Notes: a model not told the origin generated them from the sequence alone. DNA of 32,000 nucleotides from Okeania sp. (GCF_035285525.1 NZ_JAYKGW010000257.1:17397-49396); one strand, 5' to 3'; counted from the first letter of the stretch, positions 1-9,372 are shown. A program made the numbers and translations.

Positions 1-157
1 AAATACTGAATCGAGTATTTTTTCATCCCCGAACAAGGGGAGGCACATACCCCAATTTTTTGGTAAAAGCACGATATTTTGGGCTGATAAAAAAGTTAGC
101 ATTTGGGTAAGATGGGGGCAGGAAAATCAAGGAACAATTTTTCTGATGTTTACTTCT

Positions 158-204
158 CCCCCACTCCCCACTCCCTTACTCCCTTACTCCCTTACTCCCC
201 TACT
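158..204. repeat. Short 7-8 bp tandem repeat (CCCCACT x2, CCCTTACT x3, CCCCTACT) immediately 3' of the giant gene stop codon
   Basis: Direct reading of 158..204. The stop codon (TAA on the minus strand) is at 208..210. Confidence 0.8.
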
Positions 205-207
205 TCC

Positions 208-3200
208 TTACCACGGACTACCAACCATAGTAAATCCTGACCAATAATAAGGATGAGATAAATTTTTATTTTCAAACTGTCCTAACCCTGAAGGTAAAAC
301 TACTACACCACGGACTCCAGTTCCCCTTAATTCCCCATCTGCGATAACTACCTCCCCTCGTAACATTGATAACTGTGCTTGTCTTAATGCTTCTGCTTTA
401 ATTTTGGTACGATTCAAATGAGTATAAAATTCTGTCATTAACGCCAATGTCCCCTCATCACTCACATACCAAATACTTGCTAAAGCTGACTTAACTCCTG
501 CTGCTACTGCTAGTCCGGCAAATCCTAATTCGGCATCTTTGTCTCCGAAGGCGGTGCGACAAGCTGACAATACTAATAATTCTACTGCTGGTTCGTTCCA
601 CCCTAATTCTCTAATTTGGTCTAACTTGAGTTGCTCTGTTCCCCACAACTGAATATAAGAATTGTTGGCTTTTCCTGGTCTAAATTCTGCATGGGTGGCT
701 AGGTGAATGATGGGATAGGGATAATTTTGTCTTTGACCTAGAAGGTTATCACGAGTAAATTCTTGATTGAGAAATTTGTTGCCTTGCCATATTTCTTGAG
801 ATATTGTTTCTAATTCTGTGGGTACTGCTGGTAATGGATTTTTGTCTATAAATTGACTTGCTCCCATTGCTAATATTTGGGTGTTTTGAAGTGGTCGGTA
901 GTTGGTATCCATTAAACTAATACTGGGTATTAAACTGAGACTATATTTTTCAATGAGGAATTGTTCTCCATCGTGTAATGCTGCCATAGGTAAGGTACGC
1001 AAACCATTGTCCATACTAAAGAGTAGGGTATTGATTTTGGCTGTTTCTAATTCTGCTGCTATGGGTGCAATCAGCCATTTGTATAATTTTTGGGCTGGGG
1101 GTAGATAACTATGGCTGTCACGACGGAGGGGGTTGGTGATTTCTGCTCGTAGGTTTAAGACGGTTTCCATTAGTTCTTTCCGGTTAATTTGGGGTATGGT
1201 TTTGAGGATGGGGTCACTACCTGGTGTATATAATACGAGTTGCAGGGAGTCTGGGTAGGCGGTAATATAAATAATGGCTGAGTTGTTACCTGTTTGACTG
1301 GCAATTTTGGTTAGCACTTCCCGGATATTTTGTGTGGATATAGTTTGGTTGTATAGGTCTGACTGAAAGTAGTCAGCAAATTCATTGGTGCGATTTTGTT
1401 CTATATTTATGATTGTTTGGGAACTGGCAGCAACTGTGAGGGGTGTTGTATTCACTGTGTTGATGTTTATATGGGTAGGCAGGTTGGGGTTGATGTTGTT
1501 TGTCTGGCGATCGCTTTTTTTATTTAGGGGATTAGGGTTATTGGTGGTTCTGATGGAACTGTTATTTTGAACTGATTGAATAATCTTTGTGGCGATGGAG
1601 TTTAATGCTCCATTGGTTATGGGTGTTGGGGGTTCTTCTAGGTTGGGTAAAGTTACTGGTATTTGTGGTAATGCTTCTAGTAGAGTATTGTCTATTGATG
1701 GATTAATTGAAATGATTTCACCTGTATTGAGTGAGTCTGCTAGTAGGTTGATGATGTCTCTGATGTTGCCTATGGGGGTAATGTCTCCGGTGGTAATGTT
1801 TCGATCGGCAATATTGGTAATGTTGGCATCACCGTTTTCGGTAATCGCTGTTTGGTCTCCGGTGGTAATGTTTCGATCGGCAATATTGGTAATGTTGGCA
1901 TCACCGTTTTCGGTAATCGCTGTTTGGTCTCCGGTGGTAATGTTTCGATCGGCAATGTTGGTAATGTTGGCATCACCGTTTTCGGTAATCGCTGTTTGGT
2001 CTCCAGTGGTAATGTTTTGATCGGCAATGTTGGCAATGTTGGCATCACCGTTTTCGGTAATCGCTGTTTGGTCTCCGGTGGTAATATTCCCATCAGCAAT
2101 ATTAGTAATGTTAGCATCACCTGTTCCACTATCAACTGTTTGGTCTCCAGTCTCAATATTTTCCCCAGCTTGAACTTCTATTCCTCCTGCGGTTCCTGAC
2201 TCAGAGCTAGATTCTAAGTCTTGAGTTGTCACGGAACCGTCGGCAGCAATAATTTCTACTTTACCTGCTGCGGTTCCTCCTTGAGTGGTGACGTTGGCAG
2301 TTCTAATATCTCCTTGGGTGCTAAAGGTATTTAAGGCTATATTTCCACTGGTACCATTGGGGGCACGGGTTTGAATTGTTCCTGTATTAATGCTACCACT
2401 AATACTTTGAATGTTTACGTTTCCACTTCCGGCATTACCAAAGGATGCGACGTTATTAATATTGACAATACCACTAGCATCCAGATTAATATCTCCACCT
2501 GTACCATTTGCACCGGAGGAATAGGTGGCAATATGATTAATATTGAGATTGCCGTTTTCTTGGGTTTGGAGGGAGATGAAACCACCTGCTCTATTAATTC
2601 CTGTGGAAAATATAACTTCTGTGTTGATGTTACCATTGTTGTTGATAATGTTCACGGTTCCACTATTTTCTCCACCGAAAGAACTTATGTTGCTGGTAGT
2701 AATGTTTCCCTCTCCTCGCTGAATTATGAAAATATTACCACCACTACCTTCGGGAGCGTAGGAACTAAGGTTTGCAGGTTCTTCTGCAAAGATGGTGGCA
2801 ATATTTTCTGAGGATACGTCAGCATTAGTGGAAATATTTGCTTCTCCATTTAAAAGACCGGCGGTAGTATCAATGTTGCCATTGATTGTGTCTAGAGTAA
2901 TGTCACCACCCCTGGTGCCACCACCACTAAAGCTTTCGATAAAACCTGTGCTAATGTTTGTTGTGGCACTGAGGGTGATGTTTCCTCCTTGTCCTGCGGT
3001 GGAAAAGGAGCTTAGTTCGCCAATGCTGGTATCTATTGCACCGTCGGCAGAAATAAAGATGTTGCCACCCTGACCATTACTTTCTGCTGATGAGCTAATG
3101 GTTGCAGTTGTCACATCACTACCACTTGCAATGTTAACGTTTCCACCATTCCCATTACTTTCTGAAAAGGAGGAGATATTTTCTACTTCAATGTTATCAG

Positions 3201-6200
3201 CACCAATAATATTTACATTACCGCCATTACCTTTTCTGGAGGAAGATGCTAACTCACCATTGGTTGTATTAATAGCTCCTGTTTCACTTTTGATAAAAAT
3301 TTCTCCTCCGTTGCCTGTGCCAACGGTTCCGGAAAAATCAGAACGAGAGTCAATGTCAGCAAGATTAATGTCGCCTTTACTAATAATGGTGACGTTGCCT
3401 GCATTTCCGTTTTGACTGTAGGAAACTATTTCTCCGGTGCTGGTGACGGTTCCTTCTCTACTCTGAATGGTAATGTTACCACCAGGATTTTCTTCTACAT
3501 CTTCAACTTGAGATTGAGTTATAGTCAAGTCTGCTTCCTTGTTTCTAAAGGAGGATCTATCTTCTGGGTCTCCTGCTGAAGAAAGTATTTCACTGGTACT
3601 AATATCACCTGTAGCAGTGATCTCAATATTACCTGCTGCTCCTTTACGAGAAAATGATTCAATTTCTTGGGTTTGAATGTTTTCTTGACTATTTAAAGTA
3701 ATTGCACCTCCTGAACCGTCTTCTGCTCTAGAAGATATTTTTTTTCCTATTTCTATTCCCCCTGTAGTGCTTTCTATTTCAATATCACCACCTTTTCCAT
3801 AGCGATCGCTTCGAGTATTAATTTCATCTTCTATGATAATGTCACTATGACTTTTGATGGTAACGTTGCCTCCATCGTTAAGGTCGGCGAGACTATTTAT
3901 TTCTTTCTGTATGGTGACACTACCTTCTGCACTGGTAACGGTAATATCACCACTCCTGCCTCCATTTGTTTGGGTTGGGGAAATTGGTTCTTCAGGGTTG
4001 CCAGCGGTGGAAAGAAGTTTAGCGGTGGTAATGTTGCCTTCTGCTTCAATGTTAATATTACCTCCATTACTCTGACGAGAGAATGATTCTAAATTCCCTC
4101 TTTCTATTTCAATGGTTCCTCCAGCTCTGAGGGTGATGTCTCCTCCATTTCCCATACCACTTTCATTGTTTGAGATTGCTTCGCTATCGCTCGCAATGAC
4201 AGATGATGATTCCTCTTGGTCTTCAAATTCTGCTCCAGCAAAGGATGAAATATTGTTAGCTTGGATATTTCCCTGAGTCGCAGTAATACTGACACTTCCA
4301 GCATTCCCATTAAAGGATGAGGATATCAGGTCGCCGTTACTGGTATCAATATTTCCCTTGGTACTTTGGAGGGCAATATTTCCCCCATTACCGTTATCAT
4401 CAGAACGGGAATCTATATTACCTGTAGTTATGTCTAAGTTGCTGGTAATATTTATATGTCCAGCATTTCTTAACCCAGAAAAAGAGCTAAGAAAACCGCT
4501 ACTGGTATCAATATTTCCATTCATACTTTCTAGGGTTATGTTGCCACCTTGACCACTACTATTGGCACGAGAATCTATACTTCCTGTGGTTAAGTTACCA
4601 CTGCTAGTAATTTTGACGCTTCCAGCATTTCCCAACTCCGAAAAAGAAGACAGTTCACCTCTGCTAGTATTAACATTTTGATTTTGACTTTCTAAAGTAA
4701 TATCTCCACCTTTACCATCTCCTTTGGAACGAGAATCTATATTACTGGTTGTGAGATTGCCAGAACTTTGAATATTAATATTACCGCCATCACCACTTCC
4801 AGAAGAAGAAGATAACTCACTATCAATAGTTATAGCACCTGTATTGCTCTTGATGAAAATATCACCCCCATCACTATTGGTATTAGCACGAGAATTAATA
4901 GTCGCTGTTTCCTCCTCTGTTTGGTTATTAAGGATTTCAATATCTCCATGACCTTTAATAGTGATATTACCACCCTTGCTGGTAGCACCAAAACTTTCTA
5001 TTTCTGAATTAATAGTTACTGCACCCTCTGTACTTTCAATGATAATGTTCCCTCCTTGACCTATGTTGTCTGAACGGGAGTCAATATTTGCTAATGCTTT
5101 GGTTTCATTGTCACCAATATTAATATCACGAACGGCTTCGATAGTTATATTACCACCATTACCAGAACTGGCAAAACTATTAATTTCTCCTGTGGTGGTT
5201 ACTGCACCTGCTGTACTCTTAATATTAATATCACCACCATTAGCACTATTGCTCTGATTCTCGGTTGTTGATGTGGGGTTATTATTTTCGGGGTCTCCAG
5301 CAGTAGAAATAATAACGTTGGTAACAATATCACCCGTTGCTTCTAAACTGATATTTCCTCCAGAACCATTACGAGAAAATGACGTCAAACTAGACTCTGA
5401 CTCTGTTCCAGCAGTAGTATCAATATCTCCTCCTGCGGTCAAAGTAATATTTCCCCCATTACCAAAATTTCCAGTTCCCGTAAAATCAGAATCTATTGCA
5501 GCACCAAGCTCTTGACCTGCAAAAGAAGAAATATTGCCCGTAGTGATATTGCCATCACTGGTAATACTTATATTACCTGCATTCCCTGTCAGGGAAGAAG
5601 AGATAAGTTCACCATTACTGGTATCAACATTACCAGTCTTGCTTTCGAGAGTAATATTTCCACCCTGAACATTTTCTGAACTAGAATTAATATTACCAGC
5701 AATTAAACTTCCATCACTTTTGACTGTCACATTACCCGCTGTTCCGTCCAGAGAGAGAGAAGATATTTGTGCATCTCCGGCAACACCAGTAGTATCTATA
5801 CTGCCGTTGGTACTTTCAATGGTGACATCTCCACCATTACCACCAGATGTTGCTGACTCAATAGTTTCGGTATTAATATTTCTAGCAGCTTTAATGCTGA
5901 CATTTCCTGCATTTCCACCGACGGCAACAGTATCTATTTCTTTCGTAAGAGTCACCTTACCTTCTTTACTTTCAATAATAATATCACCACCATTCTTATT
6001 ATTTGTGATCGTATTTTCAGCAGTTTCTGTTGTGTCTGTGTTGCCAACATTACCAACAATAGGGTTGCCCGCAGAAGAAAAAACACCCCCAGTAGTAATA
6101 TCACCCTTGCTAGTAATACTAACTCTACCCGCACCACCCAACCGAGAAAATGATTCCAACGTTCCAGCCCTAGTATCTATATTTCCCTCTGCTGTCAGAG

Positions 6201-8931
6201 TAATATTTCCTCCATTTCCATCTGCTGTCTGGGGTTGGTCAAAACTAACATCACTGTCATCGAATGGTGATGAATTTCCTAAATCTCCCTGTTGGTCTAG
6301 TGCTTCGCCCGCAGAAGAAAATATATCTGCTGTAGTAATATCGCCCTCACTGGTGATCGTAACATTTCCAGCATTACCTCCAACAGAAAAAGAAACTATT
6401 TCGTCCCTACTGGTATTAACATTTCCACCTGTACTTTCTAGAGTAATATTGCCACCATTACCACCACCATTGGAGCGGGAGTCGATATAACCTGTAGTTA
6501 AATTGTTATCGCTCGTAATAGTAACATCCCCACCATTACCTTGAAGGGAAGCAGAAAATATTGCACCTGCGGTTGTATTAACTTTACCGCCACTATTTAT
6601 AGTAATATCTCCACCCTTATTATTTCCTTGAGTAGAAGCATTAATATCTCCAGTTCTAATATTACCATTTGCATCGAGAAATATATTCCCACCACTGGTT
6701 GAAATTGAATTAGCTTTCAGGGTAGTTTCAGTAGTATTAATATTCCCGCTGCTAAAAATATTAATATTCCCTGGTTGACCATTAGGAACTGATGTAGTTA
6801 TCTCTTCAATTGCAGTAAAATTACCATTAATATTTAACTCTAAATTGCCTCCACCTCTAACTTTAATCCCAGCAAAATCATCACTAACTTCACCGATAAT
6901 TAAATTATTTATAGAATTAATAAATACCCCTTTTTCTCCTGCTAATACTTCTAAATTATTTACATCTATTCGCAAAGGTGCTTCCGCCAAACCTACACCA
7001 CCAATATCTTGAGTTTGAAATATTGCTTGGTCGGCAGTAATTAAAGAATTAAGAGAAACTTGGTTAATATTGCCTTGATTAGCATTAAGAAAAACTTGAC
7101 CAGTAGTTATTAAACCAGCCAGATTTATATCACCATTATCTCCTAAATTTCCTAGTTCAATTGTGATATTTCCACTACCTGCATCTAAAGTTGTTCCTGC
7201 TTTTTGATTAATAGAAGCTGCCCCTGGTTCGCGACCATTAATATCAACTCCATCATCATTTCCCAAAAGAGTAATATCACCATTGCCACTAGACGTATTT
7301 ATATCAGCATTTAGATTAATATTTCGTCCAGCTTTTAACTCTATAGACTCCAAAGACTCAGAAGTTTCTATTGATTGATTAACAGTTATATCATTGTCAG
7401 CTTCCAAACTAATATTACCCTCTAATTCTCCTATTTTTTCAGCAGAAAATGTTTGAAACTCCCCTGATTCCCCCTTCAAAGAAAGAGATGTTTCCGCTCC
7501 AATAATTATATTTTTTGGGTCAAATAATATAGTCCCTCCTTCTCCTAATGCTGCACTAACATTAACATTCCCATCAAAAATTAATCGCTCCTTGCCAGAT
7601 ACTTCAACAAACCCTCCATTACCAAAAAATTCTCCTCCTTTAGCACTAATATTTCCAGAAAAATTAGTAGTATTATCAGACCAAATTATCACTCGACCGC
7701 CATTACCATTATTAATAGCATTGGCAGAAATAAAAGAGTTATTATTAACAAAAGTTTGTAGAGAATTAGGAACTATTCCATTGCCTTGGAAGTCGCCTCC
7801 AATTAATATATTTCCTCCTCCATTTAAACCATTGGCATTAATGTTGGCGTCTATTATTGCTATTTGGGAACCTAAGATGTTAATTTGTCCACCTTTTTGG
7901 GTTATATCCCCCCTAACCCCCCTTTGAAAGGGGGGGACTGGCTCTCCCCTTTGAAAGGGGGGGACTGGCTCTCCCCTTTGGAACGGGGGAATGTGGGATA
8001 CATCTATATTTCCAGAAATTACCACAGGAGCAAGATGATCCCACTGTTGTACCGTTGTATCTGTCAAAACCAAATTACCTTCAGCATCAACCATTACAGA
8101 TGAGGCGCTGTATCCCCCCTGACCCCCCTTTGAAAGGGGGGAACCTGTTAACAGTTGTGGTAACGATAACAGTGTAATCGACTCTCCCAACAAATTAACA
8201 GCAGCAGGCGATATATCCAAACTTAAAACATGACCTGGTTGAGAGATGCGCAAAACATCTCCACCATTAACCGCAGCGATCGTAATATTTCCACCCGCTG
8301 TAGAAAGTTCCCCTGTATTGACAACCGTGCCGCCAGTCAGAGTAAGATTATTTCCTGGATTTAAAGTTAAATTTCCTTGGTTAACTATAGCCCCTGGGTT
8401 AGAAACATCAAAACGATACCCACTGGGATTACCCACTAAATTTGAGTAGTTGTTTGTACCTAGTGTTTGAAACCAAAAATTATTGTTATCGAAACCAATA
8501 CCCGTGGCAGTAGTAACACTAAAAGAAGCAGGAACATTAAGACTAGCATTAGGGCCAAACATTATACCAGCAGGGTTCATTAAGAAAAGATTAGAATTGC
8601 CACCAATTACTTGAATCAGACCATTAATAGTAGAAGCATTTCCCCCTGTGACTCTACCCAGGATATTCTGAATGTCTGGGGTAGTCAGAAAGTTAGCAGT
8701 TTGATTAGATTTAACATTAAATTCGCCAAAACTGTGAAATAGGTTAGCACCGTCGTTACTAGGAGAGCCACCTTCGATATTAAATTGGTTGCCATTTTGA
8801 TTGACAGTAGTTCCTGTACCGTCCGTTGCTGGAGTAATAGACTGGGAATGAGCGGGGATGGCGACTGTTCCTAACAGGGAAGTCAAAGCCATCAGGGGAT
8901 AAAGATGTAATTTTAAGAGCTTCATTTGCAT
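208..8931 (-). CDS. Giant secreted TpsA/FhaB-like exoprotein: signal peptide, TPS (haemagglutination-activity) domain, long Gly/Asn-rich beta-helical repeat region, Pro/Asn-rich linker and C-terminal CHAT protease domain
   Basis: Uninterrupted 2,939-codon ORF. The likely true start is Met33 of the track ORF (ATG at 8929..8931), giving MQMKLLKLHLYPLMALTSLLGTVAIPAHSQ, a classic signal peptide. The 32 codons upstream lie in dispersed repeat DNA. TPS-type motifs are ANLFHSFGEFNV and NPAGIMFGPNASLNV. Dozens of degenerate GGNITL.S..GN..T / GNAGNV.I.S repeats follow. The C-terminus has a CHAT His/Cys dyad. Confidence 0.9.
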   Translation of the reverse strand: MQMKLLKLHLYPLMALTSLLGTVAIPAHSQSITPATDGTGTTVNQNGNQFNIEGGSPSNDGANLFHSFGEFNVKSNQTANFLTTPDIQNILGRVTGGNASTINGLIQVIGGNSNLFLMNPAGIMFGPNASLNVPASFSVTTATGIGFDNNNFWFQTLGTNNYSNLVGNPSGYRFDVSNPGAIVNQGNLTLNPGNNLTLTGGTVVNTGELSTAGGNITIAAVNGGDVLRISQPGHVLSLDISPAAVNLLGESITLLSLPQLLTGSPLSKGGQGGYSASSVMVDAEGNLVLTDTTVQQWDHLAPVVISGNIDVSHIPPFQRGEPVPPFQRGEPVPPFQRGVRGDITQKGGQINILGSQIAIIDANINANGLNGGGNILIGGDFQGNGIVPNSLQTFVNNNSFISANAINNGNGGRVIIWSDNTTNFSGNISAKGGEFFGNGGFVEVSGKERLIFDGNVNVSAALGEGGTILFDPKNIIIGAETSLSLKGESGEFQTFSAEKIGELEGNISLEADNDITVNQSIETSESLESIELKAGRNINLNADINTSSGNGDITLLGNDDGVDINGREPGAASINQKAGTTLDAGSGNITIELGNLGDNGDINLAGLITTGQVFLNANQGNINQVSLNSLITADQAIFQTQDIGGVGLAEAPLRIDVNNLEVLAGEKGVFINSINNLIIGEVSDDFAGIKVRGGGNLELNINGNFTAIEEITTSVPNGQPGNINIFSSGNINTTETTLKANSISTSGGNIFLDANGNIRTGDINASTQGNNKGGDITINSGGKVNTTAGAIFSASLQGNGGDVTITSDNNLTTGYIDSRSNGGGNGGNITLESTGGNVNTSRDEIVSFSVGGNAGNVTITSEGDITTADIFSSAGEALDQQGDLGNSSPFDDSDVSFDQPQTADGNGGNITLTAEGNIDTRAGTLESFSRLGGAGRVSITSKGDITTGGVFSSAGNPIVGNVGNTDTTETAENTITNNKNGGDIIIESKEGKVTLTKEIDTVAVGGNAGNVSIKAARNINTETIESATSGGNGGDVTIESTNGSIDTTGVAGDAQISSLSLDGTAGNVTVKSDGSLIAGNINSSSENVQGGNITLESKTGNVDTSNGELISSSLTGNAGNISITSDGNITTGNISSFAGQELGAAIDSDFTGTGNFGNGGNITLTAGGDIDTTAGTESESSLTSFSRNGSGGNISLEATGDIVTNVIISTAGDPENNNPTSTTENQSNSANGGDINIKSTAGAVTTTGEINSFASSGNGGNITIEAVRDINIGDNETKALANIDSRSDNIGQGGNIIIESTEGAVTINSEIESFGATSKGGNITIKGHGDIEILNNQTEEETATINSRANTNSDGGDIFIKSNTGAITIDSELSSSSGSGDGGNINIQSSGNLTTSNIDSRSKGDGKGGDITLESQNQNVNTSRGELSSFSELGNAGSVKITSSGNLTTGSIDSRANSSGQGGNITLESMNGNIDTSSGFLSSFSGLRNAGHINITSNLDITTGNIDSRSDDNGNGGNIALQSTKGNIDTSNGDLISSSFNGNAGSVSITATQGNIQANNISSFAGAEFEDQEESSSVIASDSEAISNNESGMGNGGDITLRAGGTIEIERGNLESFSRQSNGGNINIEAEGNITTAKLLSTAGNPEEPISPTQTNGGRSGDITVTSAEGSVTIQKEINSLADLNDGGNVTIKSHSDIIIEDEINTRSDRYGKGGDIEIESTTGGIEIGKKISSRAEDGSGGAITLNSQENIQTQEIESFSRKGAAGNIEITATGDISTSEILSSAGDPEDRSSFRNKEADLTITQSQVEDVEENPGGNITIQSREGTVTSTGEIVSYSQNGNAGNVTIISKGDINLADIDSRSDFSGTVGTGNGGEIFIKSETGAINTTNGELASSSRKGNGGNVNIIGADNIEVENISSFSESNGNGGNVNIASGSDVTTATISSSAESNGQGGNIFISADGAIDTSIGELSSFSTAGQGGNITLSATTNISTGFIESFSGGGTRGGDITLDTINGNIDTTAGLLNGEANISTNADVSSENIATIFAEEPANLSSYAPEGSGGNIFIIQRGEGNITTSNISSFGGENSGTVNIINNNGNINTEVIFSTGINRAGGFISLQTQENGNLNINHIATYSSGANGTGGDINLDASGIVNINNVASFGNAGSGNVNIQSISGSINTGTIQTRAPNGTSGNIALNTFSTQGDIRTANVTTQGGTAAGKVEIIAADGSVTTQDLESSSESGTAGGIEVQAGENIETGDQTVDSGTGDANITNIADGNITTGDQTAITENGDANIANIADQNITTGDQTAITENGDANITNIADRNITTGDQTAITENGDANITNIADRNITTGDQTAITENGDANITNIADRNITTGDITPIGNIRDIINLLADSLNTGEIISINPSIDNTLLEALPQIPVTLPNLEEPPTPITNGALNSIATKIIQSVQNNSSIRTTNNPNPLNKKSDRQTNNINPNLPTHININTVNTTPLTVAASSQTIINIEQNRTNEFADYFQSDLYNQTISTQNIREVLTKIASQTGNNSAIIYITAYPDSLQLVLYTPGSDPILKTIPQINRKELMETVLNLRAEITNPLRRDSHSYLPPAQKLYKWLIAPIAAELETAKINTLLFSMDNGLRTLPMAALHDGEQFLIEKYSLSLIPSISLMDTNYRPLQNTQILAMGASQFIDKNPLPAVPTELETISQEIWQGNKFLNQEFTRDNLLGQRQNYPYPIIHLATHAEFRPGKANNSYIQLWGTEQLKLDQIRELGWNEPAVELLVLSACRTAFGDKDAELGFAGLAVAAGVKSALASIWYVSDEGTLALMTEFYTHLNRTKIKAEALRQAQLSMLRGEVVIADGELRGTGVRGVVVLPSGLGQFENKNLSHPYYWSGFTMVGSPW
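211..1401 (-). other. CHAT (caspase-like) protease module at the C-terminus of the giant protein
   Basis: Typical CHAT layout: EQNRTNEFADYF...IIYITAYPDSLQLVL...LLFSMDNGLRTLPMAALHDG...IIHLATHAEF (His codon at 691..693) ...VELLVLSACRTA (Cys codon at 559..561) ...SIWYVSDEGT...HPYYWSGFTMVGSPW. Confidence 0.8.
1783..2142. repeat. Five tandem 72-bp coding repeats (24 aa: GDQTAITENGDANITNIADRNITT) inside the giant gene
   Basis: Units are 1783-1854, 1855-1926, 1927-1998, 1999-2070 and 2071-2142. The first three differ by only 1-2 nt and the last is diverged. All are in frame. Confidence 0.95.
7903..8000. repeat. Dispersed palindromic mini-element (TATCCCCCCTAACCCCCCTTTGAAAGGGGGG) plus two further 27-bp tandem units, inserted in frame in the giant gene
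   Basis: Encodes HIPPFQRGEPVPPFQRGEPVPPFQRGVRGDIT. The same core occurs at 8111..8141 and, in reverse complement, in the intergenic stretch 25807..25833. Confidence 0.85.
8040..8844 (-). other. TPS / haemagglutination-activity secretion domain of the giant protein (approximate bounds)
   Basis: Sequence ITPATDGTGTTVNQNGNQFNIEGGSPSNDGANLFHSFGEFNV...GRVTGGNASTINGLIQV...NLFLMNPAGIMFGPNASLNVPASF matches the conserved N-terminal TpsA pattern (N.F..F...., NP.G. motifs) directly after the signal peptide. Confidence 0.75.
8111..8141. repeat. Second in-frame copy of the palindromic mini-element (TATCCCCCCTGACCCCCCTTTGAAAGGGGGG) in the giant gene
   Basis: Near-identical to 7903..7937 and to the reverse complement of 25807..25833. 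Encodes SPLSKGGQGGYS. Confidence 0.8.
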
Positions 8932-8935
8932 TTTT

Positions 8936-8958
8936 AGGGAACACTTAACTGGGAACAG
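8936..8958. repeat. Dispersed 25-bp motif CCCTGTTCCCAGTTAAGTGTTCCCT (reverse-complement copy here)
   Basis: Other copies are at 12148..12172 and 21993..22017. This copy ends 5 nt upstream of the proposed start codon of the giant gene. Confidence 0.8.
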
Positions 8959-8959
8959 T

Positions 8960-9057
8960 ATGAACGCTATTAGTAGGGTGTGTTTCGCTACGCGACATGA
9001 AAAGCCCACTTCGTCAGGCATCGACACACTATATATAGTACCTTTGCGTAACTCCTG
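8960..9057. mobile_element. 5'-truncated copy of a ~90-bp MITE family (full TIRs CAGGACTTACGCA ... TGCGTAAGTCCTG)
   Basis: ATGAACGCTATTAGTAGGGTG...TATATATAG..CTTTGCGTAACTCCTG aligns with the full copy at 12186..12274. It lacks the left TIR. Confidence 0.7.
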
Positions 9058-9065
9058 TTAATATT

Positions 9066-9155
9066 AGGACTTACGCACGAAGGCTATTGGTAGAGTCCGT
9101 TAGCGTCAGCGTCACGCACTAATACTCTGTATATAGTGTCTTTGCGTAACTCCTG
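9066..9155. mobile_element. ~90-bp MITE, full copy
   Basis: AGGACTTACGCA at 9066 and TGCGTAACTCCTG ending at 9155. The internal GCGT.AC...TATATAG core is shared with the other copies. Confidence 0.85.
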
Positions 9156-9199
9156 AATATGAAAAAAATAACTATGATTTGTTATTGTATATCTTTTTT

Positions 9200-9361
9200 A
9201 GGACTTACGCACGCGCAACGTGTTTCTGTCATTGCGGGATTCGCAGCTTTGCGATAGCAAGCCACAGGGTTTCGCTCCGCGACATGAATGGGTGGGTCGC
9301 AGTCCGTCAGGATAGCAATCTAAAGCCAAGAAAATTGCGTTCCTCATGGCTTTAGTCCTGT
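9200..9361. mobile_element. Variant or rearranged copy of the same MITE family
   Basis: Starts with AGGACTTACGCA. The internal GGTTTCGCTCCGCGACATGAA...GTCCGTCAGGATAGC resembles 8982..9025. It ends CATGGCTTTAGTCCTG, like the end of the copy at 21880..21968. Confidence 0.5.
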
Positions 9362-9372
9362 TTTTCATTATT

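Noticed and set aside
7921-7935. The RGD tripeptide (PPFQRGVRGD) as an integrin-type adhesion motif in the giant protein.
   Set aside because: It is a by-product of translating the inserted palindromic repeat, and a tripeptide has no statistical weight.
902-8449. About 20 short ORFs (61-256 aa) on both strands inside the giant gene, e.g. 1589..2020, 1770..2156, 5720..6490 and 7592..7927.
   Set aside because: All lie within the 8.7-kb CDS and have low-complexity Pro/Val/Leu/Ser-rich translations. These are typical alternative-frame or antisense readings of GGN/AAT-rich repeats, with no motifs.
8932-9027. N-terminal 32 codons of the 2,939-aa track ORF (MSMPDEVGFSCRVAKHTLL...).
   Set aside because: This stretch is homologous at the DNA level to non-coding MITE copies (12148..12230, 9259..9310). 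The signal peptide begins at Met33 (8931).
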